Origin: Octopus sinensis
Taxonomy: Eukaryota
Direction of reading: 5' to 3'
DNA: 64,000 nt
NCBI RefSeq assembly: GCF_006345805.1
Contig: NC_043005.1
Coordinates: 45,694,001-45,758,000, forward strand
Part shown: positions 52,751-64,000 of the stretch, piece after piece
How the letters are laid out: every line of letters begins with the position of its first letter
Numbering within the stretch: position 1 is the first letter of the stretch
Notes under the pieces: generated by a model
Told to the model about the DNA's origin: nothing
Seen by the model: the letters and a program-made list of their open reading frames with translations, nothing else
Databases searched by the model: none
Program-made: the position numbers and the translations under genes

Positions 52751-53219
52751 GCACCTTAGTTTGTTTGGTTCACTGTTAGTGTTGTTAGTATTATCTCCCT
52801 TTTATTCAACCTTTTTTTTTTCCTGTCATCTTATCATGTTGGACTGTTGAATTCAGCACAGTTTTTCTCTCTCTCCATTTTTTTCCTCTTAATCCTCTCT
52901 GTTGACGAGCGTAAGCTTGAAATGTAAAAGACCTTTCCCTTTTCCTGAGCGTTAGACTAATATACCTGCTTGTTGTTCCTCCCTCTGTCTTCGTCTTTTG
53001 TTTTCTGTATATTTGAACTACACACACACTCACACACATTCTGTACCAAGTTTGAGTAAAAATACTAGAAGCTGAGTATAGTAATTTAATGCAAGCTGAA
53101 CAAATTCACTATTAAAATAACTTGGTTTCATTTTTGAAACCTAGAGAAAAGTTGAGCTTATTTAGATTAGGAAGGAATTGAGAAAAGAGAGGTGGGGAGT
53201 AACATATGACTGGTTCAAA

Positions 53220-53470
53220 CAGTGGTTCTTAACTGGGGTCCACATGGCCCATGGGGTTCATATAAGATTTTATTGTTAAAATTTATCTGCAATAAATTGG
53301 TTTTACTTCTGCAATACACAAAATATTTTAACTTTTTTATACAATTCCTAAAAATATTTAATTAGAAAAATATTATAGAGTTTTTTTAAACATCAAATGG
53401 CAAAGAGGGTCGATCTGAATAAAATAGGAATCAGAAGGGTCCATAGGCAAAAAATGGTTGAGAAACACTG
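53220..53470 (+). mobile_element. hAT-type MITE (same family as 35547-35803)
   Basis: CAGTGGTTCT...GAGAAACACTG; TSD GGTTCAAA/GGTTGAAA. Confidence 0.82.
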
Positions 53471-56182
53471 GGTTGAAATTTCAAAAGCTGTTGGAATAGA
53501 AGGATGGTAAAACCAATGGTTATAAGGGAAATGGTAGAACTGAATAGAAAATACTTGAATAGGATTTTATAGATAGTGTTTGGCTTGTAACTCCTGATGG
53601 AATTGTATTGTGACATGCAGCATGTCTTGGGTTTTGTAAGTACCCATTCTTTTTCATAGCCAATTTCTTCCAGAGAAAAGGAGAGTGATAGAAAATATGA
53701 GAGAGAGAGAGGGGGAGAGAGAGAAATTAACTCAGTACTGGACTGGTATTTTATTTATCATCTGTGAAAGGATAAAAGGAAAAAAAAATTATCTTGATGT
53801 AATACATCGATTCTGTCTAATGCTCTCAACTTTTCTGCTAGTTGCGTTCAGAGAGAGAAGAGAAGGAAAGAAAAGAATAAGTAGAAACTTAATATTGTGT
53901 TCTCAATGCAAGCAAAAGGTGTTGTGTGTTTTCTGGCAGCTGACAGGAAACAATGGCTTCAGAAAGACAGGAGTAATTAACAATAGGAGTCCCAGAAAAT
54001 AAAATCCATGAAAATGCTCAGTCAGTTCACAAAGAGGAGGGTGGCATTTTTTGTTACGTTAGCAATCTAATTAGTAGTGGAGGTGGTGTTTTTAGAAATC
54101 ATAGTTGTAAGAGAATAGAACGAGCTGTTTCTTGTGATTGTTTGTGACATATAAATGTGGAGCTATGTGGTTTAGAGAGAGAGATGGGTACTGAATGTGG
54201 AAAATTTGCACATGTAGGCACAGATACAGCTGTATGGTAAGAAATTTGCTCCCCAACCAAATGGATTCCAGTTCAATCCCACTGTGTGGTACCTTGGGTA
54301 ACTGTCCTCTAATCTAGCCATGGGCCAACCAAAGGCTTGAGAGTGGATTTTGTTGATACATGCATGTATGTGTCTCACCATCACTTGACACTGGTTTTGA
54401 TTTGTTAATGCTCCTATAACTTAGCAGTTCAGCAAAAGAAATCAGTTGAATAAGTAATAAACTCAAAAAATAGAATAGATACTGGGTTCGATTTGTTCAG
54501 CTAAAGCTTTTCAAAATGGTGCCCCAGCATGGCTTTAGTAAATAAAAAAAAATTATCGGAGGGCAATGCATACCCTGCCTGGTACTTCTTCTATTGGTCT
54601 CTTTTTTTCCAAACCGCTAAGTTATGGGGACGTAAACACACCAACACCAATTGTCAAGCAGTGGCAAGAGAAAACACTCACATACTCACACATGATGGAT
54701 TTCTTTCAGTTTCTGTCTACTAAATCCATTGACATGGTTTTGGTTGGCCTGAGGTTATAGCAGAAGACACTTGCCCAAGGTGCCATACTGTGGGACTGAA
54801 CCCAGAACCATGTAGTTGAGAAGCAAACTTACAGCGAAACACCTGTGCCTATACTGGATATGATGGTTTGCTAAAAGTGCTTTAAGCTCTTAGTAGAGGG
54901 TGTCTGTGGGAAATTGAAAGGCATAGGAAAGAAGACTTAGTGAGATCAGATCTAAAGACTTGACAAACAAACAAAACAAAATGGCAGCATGCTACAAAGC
55001 TGACTCGTCCAACCCGTGTCAGTATAGTAAAACAGTCATTAAATATTGATAATTACACACACACACACACGTGTGTGTGTGTGTGCGTGCGCAAGCATTG
55101 CTCTTTCACATCCATTTTTCCAAGCTTGCATGGTGGGATGGGTTTTTATTGGAACAATTATTATGAAACAGGTTTGCAAAAAAAAAAAACCTGTTTAACC
55201 TAGGCATATTAGCTTGTAACAAGAAAGATAAATAAATAAAAAAAAGAGTCATAGTGATGTTGATTTCAAAAATTGAATTGTTAGCAGCCCAAGAACAATG
55301 TTATTCCATTAAACTTGTAATTTGGTTAACACTCACATACATTATTATATACAGTGGTGTAATTTAGTTTAAGGGCAAAAGTGCGCTGATGAGTAAATGT
55401 TGATTATTTCTGTTTATTTATTCTTTTGCTTGTTTCAGTATACTGGACTGTGTCCATACTGGGGCACTGCCTTGAAGGGTTTAGTCAAACTAATCGACCC
55501 CAGTACTTTTTTTTTTTTAAGCCTCATAATTATTCTGTTGGACTCCTTAGCCGAACTGCTAAGTTAAGGGGATGTAAACAAACCAATACTGGTTGTGTTG
55601 TCAAGCAGTGGTGGGGGACAAGCACATACACAAAGGCACCCATACACACACACTTATATATATACGGTGGAGTTTCCGTGTCTGTTTTGCAAATCCACTC
55701 ACAAGGCTTTGGTTGGTCTGATGCTGTAGCATGAGATACTTGCCCAAGGTGCCATGTAATGGGACTGAACCACACAGCCATGCCGTTACCTGTTTTATCA
55801 TTTCTAGTTCAGACTATTTTGAATGATGTAAGCATATAGTAGTTGTTAAGTCTCAAAGGCACCAAAAATGCAAGTCACTTAATTCTAGCATTCATATTAC
55901 TCTACCTAATGTAATGCTTATTTATTCACATTGTTTTGAATTAATCATGTATTATCTTATAGCTTCAAGATTTTGATGTGATAATTTATTTTTAGAATGA
56001 TTTTGTAGGGTACGTGTGAGAGGCTAAATCTAGCTGTTTTGGACACAAAACAGGTAGAACATTTGGACTGGATATGGCCAGTTTAAATGCTAAAGGGTTA
56101 ACTGAAGAACATTAAAGCAATTTTTTTTTCGACAGAAGGAAATGTTTATGTTAAACATTGGGGAAGAAGAAAATTTCAAGTT

Positions 56183-56970
56183 CTAATACTTGATTGGGTA
56201 CTTGAACTGTCTCAAATGTGAATCACATCTATGAAACACTGAGTTTCTAAGTTTAATATTCACTTTATCAGGAATTTCTTTTAATTTTGTTGCTATATAA
56301 CCATACAATTCCTTTGGTTTTGTGCAGTTCTTTTGCAGAATAATCATGTTGAACCATTTCCATAAGTTTCCTATTGAGACAAAATCTGGGGATTCTGCAT
56401 TGACTATTACAGCTCTCAGATTTTCCTTCATTATTCCTGTGGTATGCCCTGGGTGTTTGTCTTGCTGGAAATTCAAAGACCATTCCATTTAACTTTTGGT
56501 ATATGGATGCAAATTTTGTACAGTGGTATTTGATCAGATGTATGAAATTTGCTCCTTTTCTAGATATGTAGCCTCAAACCATATATTACAGTCTCCGTGA
56601 TTAACCATTGGAGTCATGCATATTGAGTGAAATTCTTATGTACAGCATTTGAGAGTTTGACATCAGAGTTGAATGAACAAAATTTCAACTCATTTGAATG
56701 CAAAGTTTTTGTCAAGTCTGACAACATTCAATTCTTATGCTACAGAGGAAACTAAGTGTTGGCACATTGGGTTTTTAGAAGGAATGTATTCTGTGTATTT
56801 CTATAACAACATTTATTTACCTGCTTTTTAGTGGCAAGCAGTGATTGTGTCAGTTCATCCTTTCAGTAGTTTATCACAGCTGCCTGATTGAGGATGGTCA
56901 GAACAGCAATCAGTTTCATTGAAGATGTCCACACCATGGTAAGCAGTGGTTACTGATTGTCCACCTTGAG
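56183..56970 (-). mobile_element. Decayed Tc1-type transposase
   Basis: LHSNELKFCSFNSD (~FSDESKF), VNHGD (~VKHGG), FQQDKHPGHT, SPDFVSIGNLW (~SPDLNPIENLW), YPIKY*. Confidence 0.85.
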
Positions 56971-58160
56971 CTTGGAAAGTTGATTTGCAGCTTATTTTGT
57001 TGGGTCATGTCTTTGATTAGAAGCTTTTACATTTATTCATCATAAAAGGTTCTTTCGCCAGCATCATCATCATTTGATGTTCTCCTTCCATGTTGGTATG
57101 GGTTGGTCAGTTTGACTAGAGCTGGTAAGTTAGAAGATTGCGCCAAACTCTACTGTCTACTGTTTTTATGGCTGGATGCCCTAATGCCAACTACTTTACT
57201 GCGTAGATCAGGTACTTTTTATGTGGCATCAGCAGTTGTGAGGTCACCAAGTAACTTGCAAAACAAGACCCCCTCAGCTGAGTGGGGGATTAGTATTGAG
57301 GGAGGTGACTTTATGCCAGGTGATGAAATTAAAGTATGAACAGACAGACAGAAACAGGTGTCTTGCTGTACAGAAGATATGTAGCTTCCCCATTTGGAAA
57401 GAGTTGGATCATATAATTTGTCTTAGAGTATAATATCAAATAGAAAAAATTTTTTTTTATAAAATGATCTTTAATAAGTGACAATTTTTATAGCTTTAGA
57501 ATACTATTAGTAATTGCACCATGCTAATTAAAATTTTGTTTAAACTTCATATCATTTAACTGCGTAAAAATTTTCACTTCATATATATAATATATTTATT
57601 TATTTATTTATTTATATAGCTTCATTCATTAGTGATTATTAAGTAAATGGAGATAATTAACTCTTTTTATCCATCAATATACTTGTCTTTAAACTAAGTG
57701 ACACTACTATGTGTGTATTTTCTATCATGTCTTTGTCATAACAATTCAAAGATAAAAAGAAAAATAACCTACTGCTGAGAGTTAAATCACGCAATCTCTT
57801 GCTATATCTGTCTGTCTGTCTCTCTCTGCTATTGATTAATTATGAACATAATACACAGACTAACAAATGCAAATGTGTGTGTGTGTGTGCACGCATATAT
57901 ATATATGAAAGATGTGTACAAAATGATGATGTATAATTTTTAATGTTTTTCTTGCTGCTGCAGCGTTTTAGCTTTTGTGATCTCTAATAGTATGCATTTA
58001 GTATTTTCACATAAGTTTCATAAAATGTACAACATGTTTATTCATTGTTTTTAGTCTCCTGTGTTTGGATAATGTGTCAATTCTCTACAGCTGTTTCCAA
58101 CGAATTTTTAACTGAATTATGGAAATATTCCATCATTTGTAAAAAAATCATTTTCATCAG

Positions 58161-58295
58161 GTGAATACATGAACCACAACATTCAAAAGCCAACGGCATA
58201 CATTCATGATTCTATGACCCTTGCTGATCATAGAATGAATTTGTTAGCTCAGTTTGGTAGTACTATAGGAGAAAATAACGCAATGTCATGTGTAG
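58161..58295 (+). CDS. Weak candidate internal or alternative exon (EYMNHNIQKPTAYIHDSMTLADHRMNLLAQFGSTIGENNAMSCV)
   Basis: Non-repetitive open frame between TTTTCATCAG| and G|GTAGG, 135 nt, phase 1-1. An alternative acceptor TTCTCTACAG ends at 58090. No homology recognised. Confidence 0.3.
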
Positions 58296-58576
58296 GTAGG
58301 GGAGTAACAAAGATTTATAGCAATGAAGGAGGTTAGAGGATGGGGTAGGGAGGATCAGAATGCGAAGCATCTTACCCCCTCCCCCCCAAACAAGGTAGGT
58401 AGTTTCTTTTATCTTAATTTTCTCCAACAAGTGGTTTTAGAGTTAAGTACAAAGGGTAAAGTCCCCCAGTTATTTATATATTTACTTATTTAACCACCTT
58501 CTGTATGCCCCCTTTAAGGGGACATATAGAAGGCTCTTAAATATGTATTAAGTAATGTTAGATAAGTAATAACTAA

Positions 58577-58631
<55 letters not shown>

Positions 58632-58633
<2 letters not shown>

Positions 58634-58856
58634 TGGCTTCCGTGCCGGTGGCACATAAAATACACCAATCCGACCGTCGCCGTTGCCAGCCTCGCCTGGC
58701 ACCTGTGCAGGTGGCACGTAAAAAGCACCCACTACACTCACGGAGTGGTTGGCGTTAGGAAGGGCATCCAGCTGTAGAAACATTGCCAGATCCCCGGTCG
58801 AACCGTCCAACCCATGCTAGCATGGAGAACGGACGTTAAACGATGATGATGATGAT
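58632..58856 (+). mobile_element. Young RTE 3' UTR fragment inserted in (TA)n
   Basis: Close match to 3342-3602 with one internal deletion; (GAT)n tail. Confidence 0.88.
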
Positions 58857-58970
58857 ACATATAAATTTGATATAGGTGATTCTTTCTTGTCTTGGGATTC
58901 ACGGTCAAACGGCTGGGTGGAATTGCATGAAAAATTACACAGATGTGTAGAATGATCCGGTGGTGATGCT

Positions 58971-59378
58971 AGCTCCCATGGTTACCAAGATAATCTACTA
59001 TAATAATACTCTTGTATTTATGAATGAGAAAGGGAGGGATGATAGATGAATAAGGAAGGGGTTGTGTCATATTTTTTCATAGCTCCCATGGTTACCAAGA
59101 TAATCTACTATAATAATACTCTTGTATTTATGAATGAGAAAGGAAGGGATGATAGATGAATAAGGAAGGGGTTGTGTCATATTTTTTCATAGCTCCCATG
59201 GTTACCGAGATAATCTACTATAATAATACTCTTGTATTTATGAATGAGAAAGGAAGGGGTTGTGTCATATTTTTTCATAGCTCCCATGGTTACTGAGATA
59301 ATCTACTATAATAATACTCTTGTGTTTATGAATGAGAAAGGGTGATAGATGAATAAGGAAGGAAGGGGTGATGTCATA
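58971..59378. repeat. 110-bp tandem repeat, ~4 units (starts 58971, 59081, 59191, 59279), probably inside a Helitron-like element at ~58860-59772
   Basis: AGCTCCCATGGTTAC..AGATAATCTACTATAATAATACTC recurs; the third unit lacks 22 bp. Hairpin CCGG-GTGAAA-CCGG at 59743-59756. Confidence 0.9.
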
Positions 59379-59771
59379 CTTGGTAGTGGGATGATGAAAA
59401 TTGTACACTGAAAAAATAAATCAAACAACGTTTCAACTCCGAATATATATATATGTGTGTGTATGTAAAAGGGTGGGGTGTGTGAATGTGTGTGTGTGCA
59501 TGTGTGTGTTTGTGCGTGTGCACATGCAATGGAAGTAGGATGGTTCATCTTTGTTTGCTTAGTATTTGGGTTTATCTTTTGATTTGGTTGAATCTTGGTT
59601 CGTTTCTTTTTCTTTTTTGGTCAGTTATTTTTAGCGTTTTGACAGAAAAAAGTCATTCTAAAATTGTTTTTTGATGTAAGCATGCCCAGACAAGTCGAAT
59701 GCTTACACAGAGCAGGTTGTACAGCCACATCATCCAAACCGACCGGGTGAAACCGGGCTTAGCTTTTGGAG

Positions 59772-59811
<40 letters not shown>

Positions 59812-60787
59812 CAGGAAGTTGGGAAAATGTTTTGATTCACCATTGCATGTGTTTTGTTTACTAATAGGAATTACAGAATTGCACATGTGGCATAAATATG
59901 TAAGAAATCTGTGTTAGAAATTCTTCAGACAGAGAACCAAGCTTCGATTTTAACCTTGCACTACACCATGTGTGTGTGTGGTGTGTGTGTCTTTATTTTG
60001 ACATAGTGCAATTGTTGTGAGTGAGAGTCACAGTCATACAAGCAGTGTCATTCATTCCCAATATTTTTATGATAACATGTTTGATCATGTGGAAATATTA
60101 CCTTGCTTGGAAACAGGTGATGGTTGGCAATGGGACGAGCATCCAGCAGTAGAAAATTTGTCTCAGTAAACTCTAACCCATTCAAGCATGGAAAATGGAC
60201 ATTAAATGATGGTGATAAATATTTACTTTATATTTCTCCATATGCTTTTGAAAAAAGAAACTCCATGCGATGAGTCGTTGAAGTAAATTTCATTTCCGTA
60301 AATTATAAAGTAAATGCATATAGTCATTGGCAAAATATGTTAATTAAAAGCTAGTAATAAAGAAACTTGGTAACGAGCAAATGTAAAATGTTCACCTTAC
60401 AAAGGACAGGTGTACATCTCAGTTTGTATGGCTAAATATAACTCAACAAAGAAGCTTGTAACTATTTGCTTGACTTGCTAGAAATAACAGTTAACTCCCT
60501 CCTCCTAATCCCATCCTATCATCTCAGAAAAGAACATTGTAGATAATGTGGTTTGGAGATAATGTATGCCTTGGAAAAAAGGGATGGGATGGGATGGTCA
60601 TGGTTGGCGTGCCTTTGATCATAGGCCAATTTCATGAGACCTAAATATAGCTATTTCTTTTAGCTTTTGTGTTTTAATACTTGACCAAATATACAACATA
60701 TATTTTCTTTTAAAATCGCTAATTAGCATCATTCACAGTTTGCTATTTTTCTAAATTATACCGAAATAAAATAAATATCTTAAGCTT

Positions 60788-61345
60788 GGCGGTGAGCTGG
60801 CAGAATCATTAGCATGCTGAGTGAAAGGCTTAGTGGTATTTCGCCTGTTGCTACGTTTAGAGTTCAAATTCTGCTGAGGTCAACTTGGCTTTTCATCCTT
60901 TTGGGGTCAATAAATTAAGTACCAGTTGAGTACTGGGGTTGATGTAATCGACTTATTCCCTCTCCCAAAATTGTAGGCATTGTGTCTTTAGTAGAAAGGA
61001 TTATTATTCTTATTATTAAAGTGGTGAACTTGCAGAATTGTTAGCATGCCGGGCAAAATGCTTAGCAGCATTTCATCCATCTTTATGTTCTGAGCTCAAA
61101 TTCTGCTGAGGTTGACTTTGCTCTTCGTCCTTTTGGGGTCCTTAAATTAAGTACCAGTTGAGCACTGGGGTTGATGTAATCGACTTGTGCCAGAATTTGA
61201 AATCATTATCATCATCATTATTATTATGGTGGCAAGCTGGCAGAATCATTGGTATGTCAGGCAAAAAGGGTTAGCGGCATTTCATCAGTCTCTACATTCT
61301 GAGTTCAAATTCCACTGAGGTCAACTTTGCCTTCCATCCTTTTCA
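60788..61345 (+). mobile_element. Three head-to-tail family-B SINEs
   Basis: GG(C/T)GG..AGCTGGCAGAA-like heads at ~60788, 61020 and 61228, separated by (ATT)n tails. Confidence 0.85.
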
Positions 61346-64000
61346 TTTAATCTCTGTTTTCGATGCTGGCATGGATTGAACATTTTGACAGGAGCTGGCA
61401 AGGCCCAGAGCGACACCAGGTTCCATTGTGTGCTTTGACATAGTTTCTACAGCTTGATGCCCTTCATAATGCCAAAGATGTCCTTCAGAATTTGTGTTCT
61501 TGTACTAATGTTAGAAATCATTATTTAAACCCTTTACAGGGAGTCTGACTGGTGTGTGTGTAGGGGGAGGTATCCTTAAAATGGAGACTTAGCTTGAGTG
61601 CTTGCGAGGGAATGACCTCCTCTACTAAAAATCACTCAAGGACCATGTGGTGGTGTTGAATTGTTAAATCATGTGAAAGATGAATTCTACCACCAAAATA
61701 GGCCACAAACAGATTTGAACTTAGAAATATGAACCAGAACAAATACTGTAGGGCTGTCCAGTGGTCCTACAATATCCACTGTCCTTGACAAGCATTTTAT
61801 TTATTGCTGCTGGACAGGTGCAGGTGTAGTTGTGTGGTTAAGAAGCTTGCTCCTCAATCACATGGTTCCGAGTTCAGGCCCACTGCATGGCACCTTATAA
61901 GAGTGTCTTCTCAAAGCCTTGACAGTGGATTTGACAGAAATTGAACTGAAAGAAGACCCTTTCATATGTATGTGCATGTTTGTGTGTATGTGAGCGAAGA
62001 GAGAGAGAGAAAGAGATGGTATCACCTTGTCTTGAAATCGCTTGACAGTTGTAAACAAGTGTAACATTCATACAGCAGTGTCCTTCATTTCCAATCTTCC
62101 ATGAAAACATGTCTGGTCATGCGGAAATATTACCTTGCTTGGAAACAGGTGAGTGTTGATGAGAGGAAGGGCATCCAACTGCACGAAACCTGCCTCAACA
62201 AACTGCATTTGACCCATGCAAGCATAGCAAAGTGGACCTTAGAATAATGATGATGATAAATGAAATCTTAAGTTAATCTCAGTAGGATTTGAATCTCCAA
62301 CACAAAAAGCTAGAATATCTGCCACAAAGAATTTCACCTGATGCTTTACTGATTCTACCAATTCACTACTAACTCTCAAGCAGAATAAGACAGTGATGTT
62401 CTTTCATATTTTTCTTTTTCTTGCTGACATAGTTAGAAAGGTCACAAAAGGTCCTTTAACTACTTTCTCAACTCTTTTTATCTTCACCTTGTCTAGGATT
62501 ACATAACAAAATTCAAATTTTCTGATATCTCACCATAGACATAGACAAAAAAAAAAAAAAAAGGAAGTCTTCTGAGAAAACATGATATATTATTACGTTA
62601 GCAGTTGCAGTATGTATCTCTCTTATCATTTTTTTTCTTCTCGATACTCTATTGATGTTAATTAGCAGTTATGTCTCCCTTATCTATAGTGCGTGCATAT
62701 CTGTGAGTGTGTGTGTGTAACTTGTTATGGATCTGATAATGTTATTTGTTTATAATTATCTTTTAATGGCTCCAGTTGTTGCTAAATAAATCCAGTTTGC
62801 GCTGTTCAATCATCATTTCCATCACTATTGTTGTTGTCATCATCATCATCTTTTTCAAATCTATGTTTTTCAAATCTATGTTTTCACTCCCTCCATCAAA
62901 TTGACATTGTCTGTACAGGCGCATGGTGTGCCACACGTCAGATGTTGAAGTGAACACAGAGAAACAAGGAATGAAGTGTTTCGGTCATGAACACAATGCA
63001 CCACTCAGCTCAGGAATTGAAACCAATATCTCTTGATCAGGAGTGCAACATCCTAACCACTAGGCCATTGGTAAAACAATGCATCACTCACGTACTACTA
63101 TTCCTACAATCAACTGATCACCTTCAACCAAAATTCAGTTCTTGTGCCTACACAAAACCCTTCAGTGAGACAAAAACAGCTATTAAATACCTCTGAGTGA
63201 CCGACATGTCTAACAATATCATATGTTCATTATTCTCATACCTCTTTTTATTAGAAACTTTTATCATAAGAGATTATGTCAAGTAGTATACTGTTACCCA
63301 TCAACATTATCATCATTTAATGTCCATTTTCCATGCTGGCATTGGTTGGACAGTTGTCAGGAGCTAGCAAACCAGAGGGCTGCACCAGCCTCTAATTGTT
63401 TGTTTTGACATAGTTTCGACAGCTGGATGCCCTTCCTAATTCCAACTACTTCACAGAGTGTACTGGGTGTTTTTTTATGTGGCACGAACATGAATGCTTT
63501 TTGTGTGGCACCAGCACAGGTACTTTTTATGTGGAACCAGCAAAGAGAAAAAAAGTAAAAATGGAAATCACTTAATTTAAGAAAATTTAAACATAAATTT
63601 TAATTCACAACAATATGAATAAATAAGCATTACTTTTCACAAAGTAATCTGAATACTAAAAGAGTTAAAAATGGAAGATTTGGCTACTTCCATGACAAAT
63701 CAAGTCAATTTTGTTAACTTATATGTTCTTGAGACAAGCTAGTAACCTGTTGTTAAAACAATGATGATGGCGGAGATAATTTCTGAAATATCTGTTTCTC
63801 TATTTCACTTAAATTAACTGTAAACTTTGTATTATTCTTTTACTTGTTTCAGTCATTTAACTATGGCCATGCTGGAGCACTGTCTTAAAGGGTTTTAGTC
63901 GAAGAAATCGACCCCAGGACTTATTCTTTATAAGCCTTGCACTTATTCTATCAGTCTCTTTTGCTGGACTGCTAAGTTATGGGTATGTAAACACACCAAC

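Noticed and set aside
58971-59378. CRISPR-like regular repeat
   Set aside because: The units are contiguous with no unique spacers, there are no cas genes, and the context is eukaryotic.

Overview
AT-rich, microsatellite-rich eukaryotic DNA. The repeat inventory suggests a coleoid cephalopod, probably Octopus; this is inference from repeat style, not a database match. It contains tRNA-headed SINEs, RTE-clade LINE relics with (GAT)n tails, mariner/Tc1, hAT- and piggyBac-type MITEs, Helitron and Penelope-like pieces. Almost all listed ORFs are spurious or broken transposon frames. The one likely host-gene signal is a CpG-retaining region (~7.75-12.2 kb) with CRE motifs and a short first coding exon (8006-8056, MATHHRPSAGQGKKKVQ|GT). 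The rest is probably mostly long intron on the + strand, with a weak candidate exon near 58.2 kb. The most notable structures are hammerhead-ribozyme folds in Penelope-like repeats (best at 12540-12624, minus strand), a perfect ~600-bp fold-back duplication at 42.6-43.2 kb, several long palindromic elements, a collapsed Helitron helicase relic and clean nested insertions with target-site duplications (TSDs). I found no evidence of an intact novel multi-gene system.
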